DNA of 64,000 nucleotides, from assembly GCA_021203905.1 (NCBI GenBank), contig JAJQAG010000004.1, positions 129,939-193,938 on the forward strand. Direction: 5' to 3'. The notes beneath the pieces were generated by a model. That model searched no databases, had not been told where the DNA came from, and saw only the letters and a program-made list of their open reading frames with translations. Positions 40,841-50,731 of the stretch are shown here, piece by piece (the first letter of the stretch is position 1; each line of letters begins with the position of its first letter). The DNA is from Coprobacillus sp. (GTDB lineage: Bacteria > Bacillota_I > Bacilli_A > RFN20 > CAG-826). Made by a program: the position numbers and the translations under genes.

Positions 40841-42700
40841 TTATTTAACTTTTTTAAAGATACACGCGGCAAGAGTGCCAAGCTTAATAGTGATGTGATA
40901 GGGTTTTCCTTCACTACCACCTAAACCAGTGGTAAGGGGGAGACCATTATATTGGTTCCACCCACCATAGACATCTTTATCACTATTAAAGATTTCTTCG
41001 TACTCCCCCTCTTCTATGACGGGAATGTCATAGTCGGGGTAAAACTCTGTCGTCATATTAAAGACAAACACCAAGAGATCATCATCCACTTTTCTTTGGA
41101 AAGCAAAGACAGATTGATCTCTGTTATCCACCATCAACCACTGGAAATGAATGGGATTATATTCTTCCCAGTACATGGCTTTTTCATGACAATAAATTCT
41201 ATTTAAGTCTCTTACAGTTCTTGAGACAGAATCATGCTTTGGATAAGACTTCAGATTCCAGGGGAGAGATTTATTTTCATTCCACTCATCAAAGGAACCG
41301 AGTTCGTTACCCATGAAGTTGAGTTTTTTACCAGGATGTGCAAACTGATAAGTATATAAGTTCCTTAATATGGCAAACTTACAATCATAGTCACCCCAGA
41401 GTTTATTAATAATAGTTCCCTTTCCATGCACGACTTCGTCGTGACTAAGGGGAAGAAGGAAGTTATCAGAATAGAAATATGCCATCGAGAAGGTGAGTTT
41501 GTTGTGGTCATATTTCTTATATATCGGATCAAGAGAGTAATACTTAAGGGTGTCGTTCATCCATCCAAGGTCCCACTTATAATCAAAGCCAAGACCTCCT
41601 TGATCTGTGCCTTTGGTCACCAAAGCGTAGTCACTCGAATCTTCCGCAATCATCATCACGGTGTCGTGAGCGATATGCATCTTCCCATTGAGTCTTTTAA
41701 TAAACTCCACCGCTCCTTCATTAAGGCCGTTACTCTTATCCCCATTATAGAAGATGATATTAGAGACCGCGTCCACTCTAATACCATCAAAGTGGTAATA
41801 ATCAACAAAGAAGTTCATCGCACTCATAAGGAAGCTTCTCACTGGATCTTTTCCAAGGTCAAATTGGAGGGAACCCCAAGGAGAAACTCTCCATCTATTT
41901 GAATATTCAAATAGTTTTGTGCCATCAAAATCCGCAAGAGCCCACTTATCGTTAGCGAAGTGAACAGGAGCAAAGTCTAAGATGACTCCGATATTAGCCT
42001 GATGTAAACGATCAATTAAAGACATTAATTGGAAGGGGTTTCCATACCTTGAATCCACTGAATAGAAACCTGTGGCTTGATAGCCCCAGCTTCCGTCAAA
42101 GGGATATTGAACAATCGGCATAATCTCAATATGGGTAAACCCATGTTCTTGAATATAAGGAATAAGATAATCCGCGATTTCTTCATAGGAGAGGACATGA
42201 CCATCCATAGCTCTCCCTTTCCAACTTCCAAGGTGCATTTCATAGATTGACATGGGTTGATCAAAGTTACGACTTCTTGACGCTAACCAAGGATCATCAT
42301 GCCACATGAAGTTATTGATATCGAATAACCTGGAACAAGTTCCAGGACGGAGTTCACTATAAAAAGCGAAAGGATCCGCACGATCAACATAGTTCCCTTT
42401 CGCATCTTTAAAATGGAATTTATATGATTGATAACTCACGAGGTGAGGAACAAAGACTTCCCACACTCCGCAGTCATCAACTTTGTGCATCTTATCTCTT
42501 CCGACATCCCACTCATTCCACTCTCCAATGACAGAGACGTCACTCGCACATGGAGCGTATAATCTAAATACAACACCATCTTCTTGGTCAAGTTTCACAA
42601 AGTGGGCACCAAAATACTTGTATGCCTCAAGTGTCTGACCCATAAGGAAGTCGTAAAGTAAACCAAATGCCATATTTAGAAACGAATGATTGAATATCAT
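40841..42700 (-). CDS. glgB: 1,4-alpha-glucan branching enzyme
   Basis: 619 aa, GH13 with a CBM48 N-terminus and catalytic GFDGIRVDAV. Confidence 0.9.
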   Translation of the reverse strand: MIFNHSFLNMAFGLLYDFLMGQTLEAYKYFGAHFVKLDQEDGVVFRLYAPCASDVSVIGEWNEWDVGRDKMHKVDDCGVWEVFVPHLVSYQSYKFHFKDAKGNYVDRADPFAFYSELRPGTCSRLFDINNFMWHDDPWLASRSRNFDQPMSIYEMHLGSWKGRAMDGHVLSYEEIADYLIPYIQEHGFTHIEIMPIVQYPFDGSWGYQATGFYSVDSRYGNPFQLMSLIDRLHQANIGVILDFAPVHFANDKWALADFDGTKLFEYSNRWRVSPWGSLQFDLGKDPVRSFLMSAMNFFVDYYHFDGIRVDAVSNIIFYNGDKSNGLNEGAVEFIKRLNGKMHIAHDTVMMIAEDSSDYALVTKGTDQGGLGFDYKWDLGWMNDTLKYYSLDPIYKKYDHNKLTFSMAYFYSDNFLLPLSHDEVVHGKGTIINKLWGDYDCKFAILRNLYTYQFAHPGKKLNFMGNELGSFDEWNENKSLPWNLKSYPKHDSVSRTVRDLNRIYCHEKAMYWEEYNPIHFQWLMVDNRDQSVFAFQRKVDDDLLVFVFNMTTEFYPDYDIPVIEEGEYEEIFNSDKDVYGGWNQYNGLPLTTGLGGSEGKPYHITIKLGTLAACIFKKVK

Positions 42701-42810
42701 TCTCTACTAAAAGTATAATGAGAACGGGTCAAATTTCATACTAAAAATTAATCTAAGATAATTTTTTATATGAGATGTGATATAGTAAAGAAATTAGAGA
42801 CGAGGTAGTT

Positions 42811-44025
42811 ATGGCAAAAGTAATGACAATCAATTCCGGAAGCTCCACTGTAAAGTTTAAACTTTACGAAATGCCGGAAGAAAAAGTTTTATGTTCAGGA
42901 AACTGTGAAAGAATCGGTGAAAAAACCGGAATTTTCACCTTTAAATGGGGTGATCAAAAAGAAGTCGATGACAAGATTGTCTTTCCCACTCACGGAGAGG
43001 CCGCTCAAAAGGTGATTGCCACCATTAAAGAAAAAGGAATTATTAAAGACTTTAGTGAAATAGAAGCCATTGGTCATCGTATCGTCCAAGGTGGTAAATA
43101 CTTCAGTGAGAGTGCTCTCTTTACAGAGGAGAACGAGAAGCTCATTGAATCTCTTATTCCTCTCGCTCCTCTTCATAATGCCGCACATTTAGCGTGCTAT
43201 CGAGCTTTTAAGGAAGTCTTACCCGATACTCCCGCCATTGCGGTCTTTGATACTGCGTATCATCAATCTATGGAAGAAGAGGATTATCTCTTTGCCATTC
43301 CTTATGAATTAAGTGAGAAATATAGCATCAGACGTTATGGAGCCCATGGCACCAGTCATCAATATCTCGCTCAAGAATGTAAGAAATACTTAGGTAAGAA
43401 TAAAGATCCCAAGATTATTACTTGTCATATTGGTTCAGGTGCCTCTATCACCGCGACAAGAAACTATAAATGTGTAGCCACTTCTATGGGACTTACACCT
43501 TTAGGGGGCATCATGATGGGGACAAGAACTGGAGATATGGATCCAAGTGTCTTTAATTATCTTGTTCAAGTCACTGGTCAGAGTGCGGAAGAGGTCTATC
43601 AGATGCTCAATAAGAAATCTGGCTTACTCGGTGTCAGTCAAATCTCTAATGATTCGAGAGATGTCTACGCGGCATTTGAAGCGGGTGACCCCAGAGCCAT
43701 TAGAACGATTAAACTCTTTAATCGACGTATTGCCGACTACATCGGACAATACTATGTCCGTCTAGGAGGATGTGATATCCTTGTGTGGTCCGCGGGAATT
43801 GGAGAGAATGAACCGAGGACAAGAAGAGATGTCTGTCGTCTCCTCCACGATTCTCTTGGAGTGGAGATTGATGAAAAACTCAATGAGACAATCCACGGCA
43901 CAGAAGCTGTCATCTCCACAAAGAAGAGCAAGATTAAGGTTGTGGTTATCCCCACAGATGAGGAAGTGATGATTGCTAGAGATGCCTTAAGAATTGCTAC
44001 CTCCTTAAAAGAAGGAAAGAAATAA
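42811..44025 (+). CDS. ackA: acetate kinase
   Basis: 404 aa (MAKVMTINSGSSTVKFKLY.., HLGSGAS-like). Confidence 0.95.
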   Translation: MAKVMTINSGSSTVKFKLYEMPEEKVLCSGNCERIGEKTGIFTFKWGDQKEVDDKIVFPTHGEAAQKVIATIKEKGIIKDFSEIEAIGHRIVQGGKYFSESALFTEENEKLIESLIPLAPLHNAAHLACYRAFKEVLPDTPAIAVFDTAYHQSMEEEDYLFAIPYELSEKYSIRRYGAHGTSHQYLAQECKKYLGKNKDPKIITCHIGSGASITATRNYKCVATSMGLTPLGGIMMGTRTGDMDPSVFNYLVQVTGQSAEEVYQMLNKKSGLLGVSQISNDSRDVYAAFEAGDPRAIRTIKLFNRRIADYIGQYYVRLGGCDILVWSAGIGENEPRTRRDVCRLLHDSLGVEIDEKLNETIHGTEAVISTKKSKIKVVVIPTDEEVMIARDALRIATSLKEGKK

Positions 44026-45020
44026 TGGCGAAAGAAAAAAGCGAAATTCAAAAGTATCAAAACCGATATAGTGAGCAATACAAACATATTCTCTCTAAAA
44101 TTGAGCAATACGATAATATCGTCATCTTCAGGCATATAATGCCTGACTATGATTGTCTTGGAACGCAAATTGGTCTTTATACATGGATAAAAGATAACTA
44201 TCCACATAAGAATGTAAAGATTGTTGGGGATAATCATGTGACCTTTACTCCAAGACTCTTTCCCGTGATGGATGTTTTACATGATGGAGATTTTGAGAAA
44301 CCATTTCTCGCTCTTATAGTGGATGCCTCTAATGCCTCAAGAGTGGCGGATCCAAGATGGGAGAAAGCGGAATATAAGATTAAGATTGATCATCACCCTG
44401 ATGTGGAGAACTTCACTGACTATAAATTAGTGGATGACAAGATGGTCGCTTGCGCGGAACTGCTCTGTAATATGCTCTTTGGCGTAAAACATAAAGTGAT
44501 GAGTGAAGAAGCCGCCAAATACTTCTTTATTGGAATCATAGGCGACTCTGGAAGATTACAGTATCCTTCCACGACTGTCCATACCTTTGAGATTGTGGAA
44601 AAGTTAATGAGATGTGGGATAAATATTGATAAGATTTATCAAAACATGTATGTGAAGAAAATTGAAGATCTCAACGTTACCGCTTACATCTTAAATCACT
44701 TCACAGTCAGCGACCATGGTGTGGCCTATTATATCCTTGATCTTGAAACCCAGGATCGTCTTCATATCACCACTGAAAGAGGGAAGGAGAATGTCAATCT
44801 CTTCTCTAACATTGATGGCATCAATGCCTGGTGCTCAATCACAGAAGATGGGAAAGATCACTGTTGGAGAGTCTCAATAAGAAGCAAAGAGAAAGCCATT
44901 AATGGTGTGGCGGCGATGTTTGAAGGCGGAGGTCATGACCATGCCTCCGGGGCAAAACTTTGGTCTTTGGATGATCTACCAAGACTTATAGAAGAACTCG
45001 ATAAACTCTTTATTGAGTAA
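44025..45020 (+). CDS. nrnA: DHH-DHHA1 phosphoesterase, NrnA-like (oligoribonuclease / pAp phosphatase)
   Basis: 331 aa with a DHH N-terminus (HIMPDYDCLG) and DHHA1 GGGHDHASGA. Confidence 0.8.
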   Translation: MAKEKSEIQKYQNRYSEQYKHILSKIEQYDNIVIFRHIMPDYDCLGTQIGLYTWIKDNYPHKNVKIVGDNHVTFTPRLFPVMDVLHDGDFEKPFLALIVDASNASRVADPRWEKAEYKIKIDHHPDVENFTDYKLVDDKMVACAELLCNMLFGVKHKVMSEEAAKYFFIGIIGDSGRLQYPSTTVHTFEIVEKLMRCGINIDKIYQNMYVKKIEDLNVTAYILNHFTVSDHGVAYYILDLETQDRLHITTERGKENVNLFSNIDGINAWCSITEDGKDHCWRVSIRSKEKAINGVAAMFEGGGHDHASGAKLWSLDDLPRLIEELDKLFIE

Positions 45021-45037
45021 GAATAAAACAAGAAGCA

Positions 45038-45072
45038 AAAATACCTTTATCACAAAAAGGTATTTTTCTTTA
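45038..45072 (+). terminator. rho-independent terminator after nrnA
   Basis: ATACCTTT-atcacaa-AAAGGTAT followed by TTTTTCTTT. Confidence 0.6.
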
Positions 45073-45103
45073 TAAGAAAAGGTAGAGAGTTTATAATAAA
45101 CTT

Positions 45104-48100
45104 ATGTTTACACCCTTAAGAATTATTACTGGTTATACTTTTCTTTCTAGCGGTTTATCGGTTGATAAAACTGTTGGATATTTAAAGAAAACCAATTATC
45201 TCGGAGCGGGCATTTGTGACCGTGGGGTTTTATATGGTTTAGCAGAGTTCTATCACCTCATGAAAGGCATTGATAAAAAACCCATTGTGGGTATAGAACT
45301 CGTCATTGATTCTTTAGTGTGCGCGATTTACATCATTAGTGAAGAGAGCTATCGCGATATGTGTCAATTAAGCGCACTGCTCGATGAGTATGAAGTCTCC
45401 TTAAAAGACATTGAAAGATTCACGAAGAACTCCCTTGTCGTGATCGATACAAGCACAGATTCTTTCCAAGCCTTGTTTGAGAATGACCTAGAGATGAGAA
45501 AGAAACTTCTCTCTTTTTCAAAAGCCTTTAAAGAATGCTATTTAGGAATCGAAGTCATTAGCAAAGAAGATAAACTTAAAGCGGATCGCGTCAGAAAGTT
45601 TGCTCGTCAATATCCCTATCCTTTAGTGGCTTTCCCTAAGATCCGCTACAAAAAAGAAGAAGACGCCATCTCAATTAAGATCGCAGAGGCTATAAGAGAT
45701 AGTGCTAATCTTGAAGAGAAAAGTGCTACTGGAGAAGAGTGCTTCCACGATGAAAGTTATTATCAGCAAAGATATACAAAAGAAGAAATTGATAACACGG
45801 AGAAGATTCTTTCTTCCTCTACTTTTGATTACTTTATGAAGAGAGGAAAAATGATCCATTATTCCGATGAAAGCGATAAAAACCTTTTAAAAGAGAGGGC
45901 TTTTAAAGGACTAGAAAGTAAAAACCTTGCAAATCAGGAATATGTCGAGAGATTAAACTATGAACTCGAAGTTATTGAAGAAATGGGCTATAACGACTAC
46001 TTTTTAGTGGTGGCCGATTATGTGAGATATGCGAGAGAAAATCATATTCTAACCGGTCCTGGAAGAGGTAGCGCGGGTGGTTCTCTTGTCGCCTATGCCC
46101 TGGGGATTACCACAATTGATCCCATAAAGCATAGTTTGAGATTTGAAAGATTTTTAAATAAATCTCGTAAGTCCATGCCAGATATCGATGTCGATTTCGC
46201 GGATAATCGTCGTGATGAAGTCGTTGAGTATGTAAGAGAGAAGTATGGAAAGAATCGAGTAGCTAATATCGTTACTTTCCAAACTATTGGCGCGAAGCAA
46301 GCTCTAAGAGATATCGGAAGAGTCTATCAATATAAAAACTCCCATATCGATCGACTTTGTAAAATGCTTGGGAAAAGCGATGTTAGTTTAAGAGAGAGCT
46401 ACCTCACAAACAAGATATTTAAAGAAGAGGTTGATCGCGATAAGTATGTCTTAGAGATTGTCACCTTAGCCTCTAAGATTGAAGGTCTTCCCCGACAAAG
46501 TGGCCAACATGCCGCGGGTATTGTTTTAAATGATGAACCCCTAGAGAACGCTATCCCCATCACTAAGGATTTTGATGGTAACTATATTGTCCAATATGAG
46601 ATGACATACCTTGAAGAAGATGGATTCTTAAAGATGGATTTTTTAGGACTAAAGAACCTCACTATTATCGATAACTGTGTCGCTCTCATCAACAGAACTG
46701 AACATCTCCATCTCGATCCCTTTAATCTCGATTGGGACAAGAAAGAAGCATATGAAGTTATCTCTCGCGGAGAGACCATGGGTCTCTTCCAGATAGAAAG
46801 TGAAGGTATGCTTAAATCAATAAGAGAAATCCAACCAACCTGTTTTGATGATATCGTCGCCCTGCTCGCTCTCTTTAGACCTGGACCCATGAGCTCTATC
46901 CCTATGTACGCAAAAAGAAAGAAAGGTTTAGAGAAAGTCACCTATCTCTCTAAAGATATGGAAAGGATTCTTGCTCCAACCTATGGAATTATCGTCTATC
47001 AAGAACAGATTAACGAAATCGCTACCACTATGGCGGCTCTTAGTCCTGATGAAGCGGATAATTTTAGAAGAGCAGTCTCGAAAAAGGATGCCACCAAAAT
47101 GGTGGGTCTTGAGAGAGAATTCATCGAAGGAGCAAAGAAAAATGGTTATAGCGAAAAAGATAGTAAAGAGACCTTTAAGCTCATCGAAAAGTTTGCAGAA
47201 TACGGATTTAATAAATCACATGCTGTAGGTTATGCAGTGGTAACGGTTGAGATGGCGTACCTTAAAGCCTTATACCCCTTACAATTCTATGCTTGTATCC
47301 TTGATAGCACCTCAGGTAGCGATCCTAAGTTCAACCAATATCTTGTGGAGATGAGAAAGAACAATTACAATGTCGCTCTTCCTTCTATTAACTACTCCAC
47401 GGCGAGATTTGAAATTAAAGATAATACTCTTCTTTATCCATTAACTGGAATTAAAGGACTTAATGTCCCTAATGCCTACGATATCTTAAGAGAAAGAGAA
47501 ATCAACGGAAAGTTCGAAGACTTCTATTCGTTTGTGACGAGAATGTTCCCCTACCACTTCACGGAAAACATGGTCACTAAACTTATTGATGCAGGAGCCT
47601 TTGATGAGATGAATCCTTCTCGTGCTTCTTTAAGAGCGTCAATTCTCTATGCTTTCCAACTTGCTAAACTCTCCGTTGGAGAGAATGGACAACTTACTTT
47701 AGGATTATCTCTCCCGAAACCCAAGATTATCGTCGATAAAGATGACTTAAAAGACAATCTCGAGAGAGAAAAAGAATGTTTAGGGACAAATCTCTCTAAG
47801 AGTCCACTCTCTTATAGACAAGATTTACTTGCCGCTAATGAGGTCACACCTCTTGAAAAGGTGACGGCCTATAATAAGACCTATAATGTCGCGGGAATGG
47901 TTCTCTCAGTAAAAAAGATAACCACTAAGAATAAACAGAATATGGCATACATTAAGATCTTTGATGATGTCACTGAACTAGAAGTCACTGTATTCCCATC
48001 ACTATATGAGAAAGTCTTTGATTTACTCACTAACTACAATTGTCTCCTTATTAGAGGAAAGAAAGATCAACAATCCTTTATCGCGGAGGACATTAAACTA

Positions 48101-48118
48101 TTAGAGGAGAGCATCTAA
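45104..48118 (+). CDS. dnaE: DNA polymerase III alpha subunit, DnaE-type
   Basis: 1004 aa with a PHP-like N-terminus, the pol III alpha catalytic core (PDIDVDF) and an OB fold. Confidence 0.92.
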   Translation: MFTPLRIITGYTFLSSGLSVDKTVGYLKKTNYLGAGICDRGVLYGLAEFYHLMKGIDKKPIVGIELVIDSLVCAIYIISEESYRDMCQLSALLDEYEVSLKDIERFTKNSLVVIDTSTDSFQALFENDLEMRKKLLSFSKAFKECYLGIEVISKEDKLKADRVRKFARQYPYPLVAFPKIRYKKEEDAISIKIAEAIRDSANLEEKSATGEECFHDESYYQQRYTKEEIDNTEKILSSSTFDYFMKRGKMIHYSDESDKNLLKERAFKGLESKNLANQEYVERLNYELEVIEEMGYNDYFLVVADYVRYARENHILTGPGRGSAGGSLVAYALGITTIDPIKHSLRFERFLNKSRKSMPDIDVDFADNRRDEVVEYVREKYGKNRVANIVTFQTIGAKQALRDIGRVYQYKNSHIDRLCKMLGKSDVSLRESYLTNKIFKEEVDRDKYVLEIVTLASKIEGLPRQSGQHAAGIVLNDEPLENAIPITKDFDGNYIVQYEMTYLEEDGFLKMDFLGLKNLTIIDNCVALINRTEHLHLDPFNLDWDKKEAYEVISRGETMGLFQIESEGMLKSIREIQPTCFDDIVALLALFRPGPMSSIPMYAKRKKGLEKVTYLSKDMERILAPTYGIIVYQEQINEIATTMAALSPDEADNFRRAVSKKDATKMVGLEREFIEGAKKNGYSEKDSKETFKLIEKFAEYGFNKSHAVGYAVVTVEMAYLKALYPLQFYACILDSTSGSDPKFNQYLVEMRKNNYNVALPSINYSTARFEIKDNTLLYPLTGIKGLNVPNAYDILREREINGKFEDFYSFVTRMFPYHFTENMVTKLIDAGAFDEMNPSRASLRASILYAFQLAKLSVGENGQLTLGLSLPKPKIIVDKDDLKDNLEREKECLGTNLSKSPLSYRQDLLAANEVTPLEKVTAYNKTYNVAGMVLSVKKITTKNKQNMAYIKIFDDVTELEVTVFPSLYEKVFDLLTNYNCLLIRGKKDQQSFIAEDIKLLEESI

Positions 48119-48119
48119 T

Positions 48120-50723
48120 ATGGCAAAGCTCATACTCGTTGATGGTAATTCCTTATTGTTTAGAGCATTCTACGCTACGGCATACTCTTCTCCTAATGGG
48201 ATTATGAGAACTTCTAGTGGTGTCCCCACAAACGCAATCTTCTCTTTTAGTGCGATGATTAATCGCATCTTAAAGGATCTTAATCAAGGGGACTATTTTA
48301 TGGTGGCTTTTGATGCGGGTAAAAAGACCTTTAGGAATGAAGAGTTAGAAACCTATAAAGCGAATCGAAAAGCCGCACCAGACGAGCTTGTCAAGCAATT
48401 CCCCATTGCCAGAGAATTCCTTAAAGCTCTCAATATCTTTCAATTTCAAGAAGAGGGGTATGAAGGGGATGATATTATTGGTTCGCTATCTTCGATAGCG
48501 GAATCACAGAATATCAAGACCATTATCTATACTTCAGATAGAGATTTCCTTCAATTAGTGAATGACAAGATTAACGTCAATATCCTTATTAAGGGGATGA
48601 GTGATACAGAATTATATGATACCCAAAAAGTCTATGACAAATATGGGTTTGGACCAGAGTTTATACCAGACTACAAAGGATTAAGAGGTGACAGTGCAGA
48701 TAACCTAAAAGGCATCAGTGGCGTGGGTGAAAAGACCGCTTCAAAACTTATTGAAACCTATGGTGACTTCGATAGTATCGTGAAGGCCATGGAAAATGAT
48801 ACTTCTAAGGTTGGCCAATCAATCATCGCAGAGCAAGATCAAGGAAGACTCTGTAAACAACTTGGTATCATAAGAAAAGATATTGAATTACCTTTTGACC
48901 TTAAAGATACACTTTATGAGGGCTACTCTTTTAATCACATTAAAGAGTTCTGTGATAAGTATGAGCTTAAGACCTTTCTCAATCGTCTCATTAATAAATG
49001 GAAGAGAGATGATGAAGAGGAGGAGATGGTTGTTTCTGATATTAGTGAACTCGATACCAAAGATGTGAATGAGATTGGAATTGCTATCGATCTTGAAGAT
49101 GAAGAGGATTACTACAACTCCCCTATTCTTGGGGTGGGATTACATATTAAAGATAAGAACTTCTATGTCGATATCCCCACACTTAAAAAGACAAAAGATC
49201 TTCTAGATCTTTTAAGAAACGAAAATGTCAAGAAATACTGCTACGATTATAAATGCATAAAGGTGGCCCTATCCACGCAAGGAATTGAGATTAATGGATT
49301 AGCATTTGATATCTTAATTGCCACCTATCTCCTTGATACCTCTCTTAATAAGAATGCTGAACATATCTTCTCTTACTTTGGAGAGAATATCTCATCGAGA
49401 AAAGATAACACCATGTCGCTTCTTGATATGGATAACTCCTTAACCACTACCAAGATTGCCTACTTTAGTTATAAGCTCGCTCCTAAAGTGGTCACTGATC
49501 TCTCGATTAGTAAGATGCTAGATTTATATAATGATCTCGAATTACCACTTGTTGATACCTTAGCCAATATGGAAATAGAGGGTTTCCCACTAGATAGAGG
49601 AGAGCTAGAAGAATATGGGAAGCAATACCAAGAGATAATTAACGAGAAAGAGCAAGAGATATACCAATTAGCGGGTAAGGAGTTCAATCTTAATTCTCCA
49701 AAGCAACTCGCGACTCTATTGTTTGAAGATCTTGGACTCTATGATAGAAGCGGAAATGGTTCCACTTCAGTAGAGAATCTCAATGAAATCAGAGAGGAAC
49801 ATCCTATCATCCCCGCGATACTAGAATATCGAAAGTACTTTAAACTCCTCTCTACCTATGTCAATGGCTTGACCGCTCATATCAGAGAGGATAATAAAAT
49901 CCACGCTCAATTTAACCAAGCTCAGACCCAGACAGGAAGATTATCATCTTCTAATCCCAACCTTCAAAACATCCCTGCCAGAGATGAAGAAAGTAAGTTT
50001 ATAAGAAAAGCTATGCACTATGAAGATGAGAATCTAGAGATATTATCTCTAGACTACTCGCAAATTGAATTACGAGTGCTCGCGCATATGTCAGGATGCC
50101 AAACCATGATAGATATCTTTAATTCAGGTTTAGACATTCATGGAGAAATGAGTAAAAGAATCTTCCATCTTGATGGTGAACCCACAGCGGAGCAAAGAAG
50201 AAAAGCTAAAACAGTAAACTTTGGTATCATCTACGGAATAAGTGATTGGGGTTTAGCGGATCGTCTTTCTATCCCTTTAAAAGAAGCCAAAGAAATCATC
50301 ACTTCCTTCTATAAGGAATTCCCAGAAATAGAAGCCTATCTTAATAAGATTAAAGAAGCCGCTAATAAAGATGGTTATGTCTCCACAATTATGGGAAGAA
50401 GAAGATATTTATCGGGAATTAATGATAGTAACTACCAAGTAAGAGAATTCCAAAAGAGAGCGGCGGTCAATGCTCCAATACAAGGTAGCGCCGCGGATCT
50501 TATTAAAACCGCAATGGTGAAATGCGAAAAGGCTTTAAAAGAAAAAGGACTTGAAACGAAGATGATCCTTCAAATCCATGATGAGCTTATCTTTAAGGTC
50601 CCAGTTAAAGAAAAAGAAATCGTCTTACCACTTCTTAAAGATATCATGTCAAATGCCTTAAAACTCAATGTTCCCTTAGAGGTAAACGGAGGCTTTGGCA
50701 AGGATTGGTATGAAGCAAAATAG
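48120..50723 (+). CDS. polA: DNA polymerase I
   Basis: 867 aa with a 5'-3' exo N-terminus and pol A motifs (DYSQIELR, QIHDEL). Confidence 0.96.
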   Translation: MAKLILVDGNSLLFRAFYATAYSSPNGIMRTSSGVPTNAIFSFSAMINRILKDLNQGDYFMVAFDAGKKTFRNEELETYKANRKAAPDELVKQFPIAREFLKALNIFQFQEEGYEGDDIIGSLSSIAESQNIKTIIYTSDRDFLQLVNDKINVNILIKGMSDTELYDTQKVYDKYGFGPEFIPDYKGLRGDSADNLKGISGVGEKTASKLIETYGDFDSIVKAMENDTSKVGQSIIAEQDQGRLCKQLGIIRKDIELPFDLKDTLYEGYSFNHIKEFCDKYELKTFLNRLINKWKRDDEEEEMVVSDISELDTKDVNEIGIAIDLEDEEDYYNSPILGVGLHIKDKNFYVDIPTLKKTKDLLDLLRNENVKKYCYDYKCIKVALSTQGIEINGLAFDILIATYLLDTSLNKNAEHIFSYFGENISSRKDNTMSLLDMDNSLTTTKIAYFSYKLAPKVVTDLSISKMLDLYNDLELPLVDTLANMEIEGFPLDRGELEEYGKQYQEIINEKEQEIYQLAGKEFNLNSPKQLATLLFEDLGLYDRSGNGSTSVENLNEIREEHPIIPAILEYRKYFKLLSTYVNGLTAHIREDNKIHAQFNQAQTQTGRLSSSNPNLQNIPARDEESKFIRKAMHYEDENLEILSLDYSQIELRVLAHMSGCQTMIDIFNSGLDIHGEMSKRIFHLDGEPTAEQRRKAKTVNFGIIYGISDWGLADRLSIPLKEAKEIITSFYKEFPEIEAYLNKIKEAANKDGYVSTIMGRRRYLSGINDSNYQVREFQKRAAVNAPIQGSAADLIKTAMVKCEKALKEKGLETKMILQIHDELIFKVPVKEKEIVLPLLKDIMSNALKLNVPLEVNGGFGKDWYEAK

Positions 50724-50731
50724 AGGTTAAA

